A DNA stretch of 61,111 nucleotides, taken from the NCBI GenBank assembly GCA_013815585.1, contig JACDFU010000001.1, positions 1 through 61,111 of the forward strand, in the 5' to 3' direction. The notes under the pieces were generated by a model. The model was not told the origin of the DNA and did not search any database. It saw only the letters and a list, made by a program, of their open reading frames with translations. The number at the start of each line of letters is the position of its first letter. Positions within the stretch are counted from its first letter, which is position 1. The DNA is from Chloroflexota bacterium (GTDB lineage: Bacteria > Chloroflexota > Limnocylindria > Limnocylindrales > CSP1-4). Made by a program: the position numbers and the translations under genes. Positions 1 through 7,334 of this stretch are shown here, in pieces.

Positions 1-284
1 GCGTACCGTCGTCGCCCTCGTCGGCGGGCTGTGGCGTCCCAGGCGTGCGCGTAGTCACGGGCAGTACGAAGGGATCAGGTGAGCGAGGGTCCGGAGGTCC
101 CGTACAATCGGCCGCGCTTCACGCACAGCACAAAACCACCCGAAGCGGTGAGCAGGGGTATCGGAACGCGTGGCTTCATGGTTCGGTTAGGTTCGCTCCG
201 GCTGTCCCGCCGTCCGGGACGGTGGCGGAGGTGACGGGCTCCGGCCAGTCGCTGGACGGGCAACGGGGCCGGCGCAGTATAGCA

Positions 285-1778
285 ATGCCCGCAGGAGAGC
301 CTTCCCCGGCCACCACGGACCCGGCGGCAGTCCTGGGCTCGGAGGCTGCCGCGCTGCCAGCGACCGGGTTGATGCCGCTTGGCCGCGGCCTCCTCCGGGA
401 GCTTCGGCTCTGGTTCGAGAGCCTCAACCCGGCCTGGATCGGGCTGGGCTTCGTGTTCGTCGCATTGACCGTGTACGTCCTCTCCAACGGCGAGCGTCGC
501 AACACCTACAACCACTTCGTGTGGCAGGCGGAGGCATTTCTCGACGGTCGCTTCCTCATCACCTGGCCGGTCGACGAGGGCCCGGTGACGAACGCGCACT
601 TCAACGACATCTTCCGGCCACCGGACCGGCCCAGGCTCGCCCTGCTGCCGTTTGCCCCACTGCCAGCGGTGCTGCTGCTGCCGTTCGTGCTGGTGTTCGG
701 CGTCGCGACCAACGCTGCGATGCTTGCGGCGGTGCTCGGAGCCATCAACGTCGGGCTGGCCTGGCGGCTCACGATTCGCCTGACCAGCAACCGGTGGGTC
801 GCCCTGCTGGCGACGGCGTTCTACGGCTTCGGCACCGTCGCCTGGTACGCGGCGATGCTGGGCAGCACCTGGTTCCTCGCGCATGTGGTGGCGAGCACCT
901 TTCTGATCCTGGCCATCACGGCGGCGCTTGACGGGGAACGCGCATCCGCCCGGCGGGCGACCACCACCCAAGATCAGGGCCCAACGCAGGGGGGGCTGCG
1001 CGCACTGGTGGGCCTGCCCAGCGCCGGGGACCTGCGGAGGGGCATCGACTGGCGCGCCCTGATCGACGGCCGTCAGCTGCTGGCGGGGCTCCTCCTCGGC
1101 TTCGCCGCCCTGGCGCGCGAAGAGGTGCTGATCGCCGCTCCCTTCTTCGTCTTCGTCGGCGGGGGGGGCACGCTCGCTCGCCGGGCGTTCTCGGCCGGCA
1201 TCGGGGCTTCGCTGATGCTCGGAGTCCTCTTCGCCTACAACCTCGCCTCCTCGGGCGCGATCCTGAACCCGGTGTACGAACACCTTTACCACACCGAGTA
1301 CGTCCCCCGGCCCGAGCTGCGGCACACCGAATGGAACCGCATCGACCCCCGGTACATGCCGCAGAACTTCCGGATCATGCTGACCTGGCCGCCCGAGTTC
1401 CGGCCGGAATGCGGGTTGGACCTGTTCAACCGCGATTGCGCCCTGCTGCGGCCGGATCCGCTCGGCATGAGCGTCCTGCTGACCAGCCCGGCCTACCTGC
1501 TCGCGGTTCCCCTGGTCTGGCGGGCCTGGCGGCGGCGCATCGTGCTGGGCGCAACCCTGGCGGTCCTCGGCACTGCGGGCCTGCTGATGATGCACTTCAG
1601 CCAGGGCTGGGTGCAGTTCGGCTACCGCTTCAGCAACAGCTTCGCGCCGTTCGCCCTGGTGCTGGTCACCCTGGCCCTCGCGCGCCTGGGGATCCGTCCA
1701 CTCACGGTGGGCCTGGTGATCGCCTCGATCGCAATCAACGCCTGGGGCGTGTGGTGGGGAATCCAGCTCGGGTGGTGA
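285..1778 (+). CDS. GT-C fold polytopic membrane glycosyltransferase (ArnT/PMT-like), paralog A
   Basis: This lies in the frame of ORF 45..1778. I trimmed the start to ATG 285 (MPAGEPS) because the upstream part is Arg/Gly-rich and has no counterpart in the paralog. There are many TM-length hydrophobic segments. It shares sequence blocks with 3371..4702: NHFVWQA.A.LDGRF, GTVAWYAA.LGSTWF and HFSQGWVQFGYRFSN.FAPFALVLVT. Codon position 3 shows a strong G/C bias. Confidence 0.7.
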   Translation: MPAGEPSPATTDPAAVLGSEAAALPATGLMPLGRGLLRELRLWFESLNPAWIGLGFVFVALTVYVLSNGERRNTYNHFVWQAEAFLDGRFLITWPVDEGPVTNAHFNDIFRPPDRPRLALLPFAPLPAVLLLPFVLVFGVATNAAMLAAVLGAINVGLAWRLTIRLTSNRWVALLATAFYGFGTVAWYAAMLGSTWFLAHVVASTFLILAITAALDGERASARRATTTQDQGPTQGGLRALVGLPSAGDLRRGIDWRALIDGRQLLAGLLLGFAALAREEVLIAAPFFVFVGGGGTLARRAFSAGIGASLMLGVLFAYNLASSGAILNPVYEHLYHTEYVPRPELRHTEWNRIDPRYMPQNFRIMLTWPPEFRPECGLDLFNRDCALLRPDPLGMSVLLTSPAYLLAVPLVWRAWRRRIVLGATLAVLGTAGLLMMHFSQGWVQFGYRFSNSFAPFALVLVTLALARLGIRPLTVGLVIASIAINAWGVWWGIQLGW

Positions 1779-1809
1779 GTCGCCCGGATGTCCAACACAG
1801 GGCTCGCCG

Positions 1810-3363
1810 GTGAATCGCACCGCCCCGGTCAGGGCGCTCATCCGGGCCTGGGAGAGCGGCTCGGTCGTGCCCACCGCAACGTGGCGCCGAACCGTGCTCG
1901 AACGAGCGATCGAATGGACCCGGCCTGAGCGCCTGGTGATGCTGGCGGCCGTCGGGATGCCCCTGGCGATCTATGTGGCCACCCTCATCCCGACCGTGAA
2001 CTTCGGCGACTGGGCGGAGATGCAGACGGTACCGCGAGTCCTCGGCATCGCCCACCCCACCGGGTACCCCACGTACACGCTGGTGGGTCACCTGTTCAGC
2101 TATCTGCCGCTCGGCTCGGTCGCCTACCGGGCGAACCTCCTCTCGGCCGTCTCGATCAGCGTCGGGCTGGGCATTCTCGCGGTCACGATGATGCGGCTCG
2201 GCGTGCGACCGCTCATCGGCTATGGCATCACGCTGGCGCTGGCCCCGGTTTCCAGCGTCTGGCGAAGCGCCACGCGCGCCGATCCACATGCCCTCCAGTT
2301 CCTCCTGGCGGCACTCATCGTCCATCGGCTGGTCGTCTGGGAACAGGATCGGCGGCCACGGGATCTGCTCCTCGGGGCGCTCCTGCTCGGGGTGTCGCTG
2401 GGCAACCATGTGCTCACGCTGCTCATGGCCCCGGTCGTCGTCGCATACGCACTCTGGGTAGGTCGGCGGGAGCTCATTGCGCGGCCCCTCCTCGTGCCCA
2501 TTGCGGGGATGTGCTTCGCTGCCGGCGCGCTCGTCTACGCCTACATCCCGCTGCGTTCCGCGTTCGGGGCACCGGAGATCTTCGACGGCCCTACCGACTG
2601 GGAGAACTTCTGGAGCCTGGTGTCAGGAGCGCAGTTCCGAGCGACGAGTCTCTTCGAGGCACAGTCGGCGATCACGTTCGTCGCGAAGCTCCCGGACTGG
2701 ATCACGTTGGTCGTGAACCAGGGGACCGTTGCATTCGCCGTGCTCGCCGTGCTCGGCCTGCTCATGCTTCTGGATCGTGAACGTGCGTTCGCGCTGTTCA
2801 GCGCCGCCCTCGTGACCGTCAACGTCTTCGTCTTCGCAAACTGGATCTCGGCCGACCTGGATCGCTATCTGTTCGCCTCCTGGATCATCCTCGCGATCTG
2901 GGCCGCGGTAGCGGCTGAGCGGATCGTGTCCGACGCCCCGAAGCGCGCGGCGCCGCTCGCCGCGGTGCTCGTCGTGATCCCGGCCATGCTCCTTGTCGTG
3001 AACTGGCCACAGCTCGACGAGAGCCGCAACGACCAGGGCGAGCGGTTCAAGGAGCATATGTTCCGCCAGCTGCCGGAGAACGCGGCCCTGTTCACGATCT
3101 GGGACGCCGCCACGCCGCTCTGGTACGGGCAGTTGATCGACGGCCAGCGCACAGACGTCACGATCAGGACCGGCCTGGGCCTTACCGAGGAAATGGTCCG
3201 TGAGCGCCCGGTGTACGTCCTGCACCTCTTCGACGACTGGCTGGTTCCGCTCCGAGAGCAATACGTGTTGGTGCCCCAGAGCGAGGTCGATCTGCCCTTC
3301 GGCAGCACGCGCGCAACGCACCGCCGGGCTCTCGAGCGGGTCGAGGCATTGCCGGCGACATAG
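1810..3363 (+). CDS. DUF2723-like (TMEM260-type) polytopic GT-C membrane protein
   Basis: A GTG start lies 31 nt after the previous stop. The loop motif NFGDWAEMQTVPRVLGIAHPTGYPTYTLVGHLF resembles the D.GE...HPPGYP signature of DUF2723 proteins. Multiple TM segments are followed by a soluble C-terminal domain. Confidence 0.65.
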   Translation: MNRTAPVRALIRAWESGSVVPTATWRRTVLERAIEWTRPERLVMLAAVGMPLAIYVATLIPTVNFGDWAEMQTVPRVLGIAHPTGYPTYTLVGHLFSYLPLGSVAYRANLLSAVSISVGLGILAVTMMRLGVRPLIGYGITLALAPVSSVWRSATRADPHALQFLLAALIVHRLVVWEQDRRPRDLLLGALLLGVSLGNHVLTLLMAPVVVAYALWVGRRELIARPLLVPIAGMCFAAGALVYAYIPLRSAFGAPEIFDGPTDWENFWSLVSGAQFRATSLFEAQSAITFVAKLPDWITLVVNQGTVAFAVLAVLGLLMLLDRERAFALFSAALVTVNVFVFANWISADLDRYLFASWIILAIWAAVAAERIVSDAPKRAAPLAAVLVVIPAMLLVVNWPQLDESRNDQGERFKEHMFRQLPENAALFTIWDAATPLWYGQLIDGQRTDVTIRTGLGLTEEMVRERPVYVLHLFDDWLVPLREQYVLVPQSEVDLPFGSTRATHRRALERVEALPAT

Positions 3364-3370
3364 TCGACAC

Positions 3371-4702
3371 ATGACCATCGAAGGCCTCGCCGAGCGAACG
3401 CGTCGGATTCGCCTGCCCAGCGAGCTGCTGATCGGTGCCGGTCTGGCGCTGTTCGCGCTGATCGCGTACATCGTCTCAAACCCGACCCGCGGCAACCTGT
3501 ACAACCACTTTGTCTGGCAGGCTGATGCCTGGCTCGACGGCAGGTTTGCCATTCCCTGGCCGGTGGCAGGCGCGGCTCCCGCCAACGACTACTTTCGGGA
3601 CGTCCTACCGCTACCCGGCCAGCCAGGATTCGGACTTCTCCCCTATCCACCCCTTCCCGCACTGATCCTCCTTCCCCTTGTGGCGGCGAGCGGCCTGGAG
3701 GCTGACGCGGCGCTCGTGGCCTGCCTCATCGGGGCCGTCAACGTCGGCCTTGCCTGGCGGCTTGTCCGATGTCTCACTGACGACGTGGCCGCGGCCGCGC
3801 TGGCCACATTCTTTTACGCCTTTGGCACGGTCGCCTGGTACGCGGCCGCGCTCGGCAGCACCTGGTTCTTCGCGCACCTCGTCGCCATCACGTTCCTCAT
3901 GCTCGCCATCACGGCAGCCATCGATGCGGACCGGGCCACCGCTCGTCTGCACCCCAGCCAGGTCGGCCGCAGGCTGGTGGATCTCGTCGATGGGCGCCAA
4001 TTCGTGGCGGGCATGCTCTTCGGCACGGCAGCTCTGGCACGGCTGACCACCATCTTCGGCGCAACCTTCTTCCTGTTCGTTGGAGGCGGCGGGTCGTTCG
4101 GGCGGCGTGCGCTCTCGGCAGGATTGGGCGCGGCTGTCCCGGTCCTGGCACTCGTGGTCTATAACGTGGCCTCGACAGGACACCTCTTCAACCCCGTCTA
4201 CGAATACCTCTACCTCACCGAGTACGTGCCCCACCCGGAGATGCGCCACGCCGACTGGGGCATCGAGGATCTGCGCTACATCCCGCAGAACCTGTTGATC
4301 ATGCTGGGGTGGCTCCCCACCGTGCGGTTCCAATGCGGTGCCGGCCTGTTCGACGCGAACTGCCCCCTCCTGGCGCCCGATCCCCTGGGAATGAGCCTTC
4401 TGCTGGTGAGTCCCGCCTACCTACTGGTCGTCCCTGCGCTGGCCCGCTGGTGGAGGGATCGCCTGGCGATCGGGGCTGCACTCGCCGTGGCAGGCATCGC
4501 GGTCGTGAACCTGGCCCACTTCAGCCAGGGCTGGGTGCAGTTCGGCTACCGCTTCAGCAACGATTTTGCCCCGTTCGCCCTCGTGCTCGTGACCGTGGGC
4601 ATCGCACGTGTGGGCTGGCGACCGTTGAGCGTGGCGCTGGTCGGCGCCTCGATCCTCGTGAACGCGTGGGGCGTGTACTGGGGCGTGGCGCTGCGCTGGT
4701 GA
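3371..4702 (+). CDS. GT-C fold polytopic membrane glycosyltransferase (ArnT/PMT-like), paralog B
   Basis: ATG 3371 (MTIEGLAERT) lies 7 nt after the previous stop. The track ORF start at 3200 overlaps the previous gene and is rejected. The protein is collinear with 285..1778 along its whole length (roughly 60 percent identical by eye, not computed). Confidence 0.7.
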   Translation: MTIEGLAERTRRIRLPSELLIGAGLALFALIAYIVSNPTRGNLYNHFVWQADAWLDGRFAIPWPVAGAAPANDYFRDVLPLPGQPGFGLLPYPPLPALILLPLVAASGLEADAALVACLIGAVNVGLAWRLVRCLTDDVAAAALATFFYAFGTVAWYAAALGSTWFFAHLVAITFLMLAITAAIDADRATARLHPSQVGRRLVDLVDGRQFVAGMLFGTAALARLTTIFGATFFLFVGGGGSFGRRALSAGLGAAVPVLALVVYNVASTGHLFNPVYEYLYLTEYVPHPEMRHADWGIEDLRYIPQNLLIMLGWLPTVRFQCGAGLFDANCPLLAPDPLGMSLLLVSPAYLLVVPALARWWRDRLAIGAALAVAGIAVVNLAHFSQGWVQFGYRFSNDFAPFALVLVTVGIARVGWRPLSVALVGASILVNAWGVYWGVALRW

Positions 4703-4718
4703 ACCCAATCGGCCCCCC

Positions 4719-4724
4719 TATACT
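4719..4724 (+). promoter_or_regulatory. -10-like hexamer TATACT, 7 nt upstream of the GT2 start codon (leaderless-type geometry)
   Basis: The sequence reads CCTATACT-CGCGGCC-ATG, and no Shine-Dalgarno fits in the 7-nt spacer. The same geometry recurs at 49468..49473. Confidence 0.4.
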
Positions 4725-4731
4725 CGCGGCC

Positions 4732-5559
4732 ATGAAGAGCCCCGACGACTTCGCGGCGGGCGAGGCGCCGAGCGCGGGCTCGACCGCCCGCGTCCCCGAG
4801 CTCTCCTTCTTCTTCCCTGCCCACAACGAGGAGGAGAACATCGAGGCGCTCGTGGCCGAGGCGCTGGCGGCCCTGCCCTCGCTGGCGGAGCGATTCGAGA
4901 TCATCGCCGTCGACGACGGCAGCCGCGACCGCACGCCTGAGCTGGCTGACAGGCTCGCCGCCGAGCACGCCAACGTGGTGAGGGTCGTTCACCACGAGGC
5001 TAACCGCGGCTACGGCGCGGCACTGCAAAGCGGCTTCCAGGCCGCTCGGTACTCGCTGGTCTGCTTCACCGACGGGGACCGCCAGTTCCGCGTCGCCGAT
5101 CTCGGTCGGCTCCTTGAGGTCCTCGGCCGGCCGGAACAGCCCGACATCGTCGTGGGTTACCGTCTCAGACGCGCCGACCCCTTCGTGCGCATTCTCTACG
5201 CTCGCCTCTACCGCGTGGCGCTCCGGCTGTGCTTCGGGCTGGGGGCCCGTGACGTTGACTGTGCCTGCAAGCTCTTCCGCCGCGACGCCCTCCACGGCGT
5301 CCGGCTCGAGTCGGGCGGTGCGTTCCTGTCGGCTGAGCTGCTGATCAAGCTGCGCGCGCGGGGGCGGCGCATCGCGCAGGTGGGCATCCCCCACTACCCG
5401 CGGACGGCGGGCCAGGCCTCCGGAGCCAACCCGCGGGTGATCCTGCGGGCCGTTCGCGATTTCTGGCGGCTCCGCATCCTGCTCTGGGCCAACCGCCGAG
5501 CGGCGCTCGGGCGGGGAGCCTCGGTCCTGGGGCCGGCGGTCGGCGCGGAAACCCTCTGA
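4732..5559 (+). CDS. GT2 family glycosyltransferase, polyprenyl-phosphate sugar synthase-like (Ppm1/DPM1/ArnC type)
   Basis: Start is ATG 4732 (MKSPDD). Motifs are FFFPAHNEEENI, IIAVDDGSRDRT and HHEANRGYGAALQSGF. The track extension back to 4309 overlaps the previous gene out of frame and is rejected. Confidence 0.8.
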   Translation: MKSPDDFAAGEAPSAGSTARVPELSFFFPAHNEEENIEALVAEALAALPSLAERFEIIAVDDGSRDRTPELADRLAAEHANVVRVVHHEANRGYGAALQSGFQAARYSLVCFTDGDRQFRVADLGRLLEVLGRPEQPDIVVGYRLRRADPFVRILYARLYRVALRLCFGLGARDVDCACKLFRRDALHGVRLESGGAFLSAELLIKLRARGRRIAQVGIPHYPRTAGQASGANPRVILRAVRDFWRLRILLWANRRAALGRGASVLGPAVGAETL

Positions 5560-5568
5560 GGTCTGCCC

Positions 5569-6714
5569 TCAGCCAGCCAGCGGATCGCCCCGGATAGGCC
5601 AGCGCGCATCGAGGCGAGCGGCGAGGCGACCGACCGGATCGGTCGGCCAGCGGAGGCGCTGACCACCTGACCAGGTCAAGTCGTCGACGTACCAGCAACA
5701 GATCGGCGCCAGCGCCGCAAGGTACGCATAGGTCCCCCAGAACCCAATGTAGAGCGTGACCAGGTAGACCAGGGCCCCCGAAGCCACCATGCCACCGTGG
5801 GACCGCGCGAAGGGCGTTGTGGCAAGGGCGGCCAGCGCACCAGCCGGCAGCCGGAGCAGGTTGAAGAGGTCCCTGTCGACGCCTCGGTGGGTGATCGACT
5901 CCAGCGCCCAGGCCATGGAGAAGTAGCTGCGGCGATGCAGCGCCTGCGAGCGCGCCACGCTGTCGAGCACCGGCGTGATGCCCCACAGAACTAGCGCGGG
6001 CCCCCAGCCCAGGACCACGCCGGAGACCATACCAATGAGCCCAGGAAGCCCGCCCCAGATCAGGAATGCCGGGAACCAGGCCGCCGCCAGCGGCTTGAAT
6101 GACGCGGCGAGGCCCAGCAGGAACCCGCCGGCCGCTCGCGCACGCCTGCCGACGACGAGGGCCGCCAGCAGAAGCAGACCCGCGCTGGTGTCGTTGGAGC
6201 CGTCCGTCGAGGTGAGGACGAGAAAGGGCAGGTAGGCGTACAGCGCCAGGCCGAGCGGCCGGCCACGGGCCGCGAGCAGCAGGATGATCGCGGTGCTGAC
6301 CAGTAGCTCCAGGCGCCAGGCCCCCTCACCGAACGGGAGATACCAGACGAGCGCCATCGGCCCGTAGGGAAACGGCGCGCCGGGAGGCTCCGAGATCGCG
6401 TAGCCCTGGCTGTAGGGGTTGCCGCCGCTCATCACGCGCTGGATTGCGGCCGCCGTGACGGTGAGGACATCAGACGAGCTGAGGCCGATCGCGTTCACAC
6501 GCAGTGCCACACCGCCAGCCGCAAGGGCAAGGAGCGACGCAAGCCCGATGGACCAGCGAAGCGAGGCGGCGGCGAGGATCGAGAACAGCAGCCCAAGGAG
6601 CAAGGCCGCTGGACGCTCCCGGGCAAGCCCGAACGAGAGAGCCGCTGCAACCGCCAGCGCCACGGCGACCGCCGGCTCGCCGTGCCGAGACGCTGTGTGC
6701 TCCACCGGGTTCAC
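5569..6714 (-). CDS. GT87/DUF2029-like polytopic membrane glycosyltransferase-type protein
   Basis: GTG start. The protein is hydrophobic throughout. Its first loop, SSDVLTVTAAAIQRVMSGGNPYSQGYAISEPPGAPFPYGPMAL, resembles the D...Y...G.NPY...F.YPP region of PimE/DUF2029 proteins. It converges on the GT2 gene with 9 nt between the two stops. Confidence 0.5.
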   Translation of the reverse strand: MNPVEHTASRHGEPAVAVALAVAAALSFGLARERPAALLLGLLFSILAAASLRWSIGLASLLALAAGGVALRVNAIGLSSSDVLTVTAAAIQRVMSGGNPYSQGYAISEPPGAPFPYGPMALVWYLPFGEGAWRLELLVSTAIILLLAARGRPLGLALYAYLPFLVLTSTDGSNDTSAGLLLLAALVVGRRARAAGGFLLGLAASFKPLAAAWFPAFLIWGGLPGLIGMVSGVVLGWGPALVLWGITPVLDSVARSQALHRRSYFSMAWALESITHRGVDRDLFNLLRLPAGALAALATTPFARSHGGMVASGALVYLVTLYIGFWGTYAYLAALAPICCWYVDDLTWSGGQRLRWPTDPVGRLAARLDARWPIRGDPLAG

Positions 6715-6773
6715 GCTTGGGCCATCGAGCGAGCGAGTCTCCGTAGACCCCGCTTCCCCTCCGCTCGCGGCGG

Positions 6774-7298
6774 TCAGTCTGGGCGCTCCCGCTCCTGCGG
6801 GCTCTCGCCCTCGCGGGGTTCGCCAAGGTCGACGTCGAGAGAATTCACGAAATCGCGGAAGACCGACAGCTTCTCCTCTTCATCGGCCTCGGGCACGACG
6901 CCCGCCCTGTCCAGGACGGCGTCCGTGGCGAAGATGGGTACGCGCGCCCGGATCGCGATGTTGATGGCATCGCTCGGCCGGGCATCGATGTCCAGCGTCC
7001 GCCCGTCCAGCTCGAGCATCAGCCGAGCCCGGAAGGTCTCGTCGGCCAGGTCCGAGACGATGATCTGCTTCACGCTCACGCCGAGCTCCTCGAGCGTGCT
7101 GGAGAAGAGGTCGTGGGTCAGCGGCCGCTCGGGGCTGAGCCCCTGGAGCCGCATCGCGATCGCGTTGGCTTCCCAGGGACCGATCCAGATCGGCAGGTAC
7201 CGCTCGCGACCGGTGTCCTTCAGGATCACCACGTGCTGCGACGAGAGCATGTGGACCCTGACACTTTCAACGACCATCTCGTTCAGCCCAGCCGGCAT
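6774..7298 (-). CDS. Bifunctional nuclease family protein (DUF151/BFN domain)
   Basis: Motifs are VESVRVHMLSSQHVVILKD, RYLPIWIGPWEANAI, RPLTHDL and DARPSDAINIAIRARVPIF. The acidic C-terminal tail is typical of the family. Confidence 0.8.
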   Translation of the reverse strand: MPAGLNEMVVESVRVHMLSSQHVVILKDTGRERYLPIWIGPWEANAIAMRLQGLSPERPLTHDLFSSTLEELGVSVKQIIVSDLADETFRARLMLELDGRTLDIDARPSDAINIAIRARVPIFATDAVLDRAGVVPEADEEEKLSVFRDFVNSLDVDLGEPREGESPQERERPD

Positions 7299-7334
7299 GG
7301 CGGCGATTGTAGCGCCGGGGTGCGGCAGGACCTC

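Noticed and set aside
1-284. A possible minus-strand gene start (GTGACTACG at about 57) leaving the window, a TACAAT hexamer near 100, and a 34-aa minus ORF.
   Set aside because: Fewer than 20 codons are visible and there is no recognisable motif, so these cannot be supported.
75-1874. A 599-aa minus-strand ORF antisense to the first GT-C gene.
   Set aside because: Its composition is Arg/Pro/Gly/Glu-rich and typical of shadow frames in GC-rich DNA. The plus-strand frame has a clear paralog and TM architecture.
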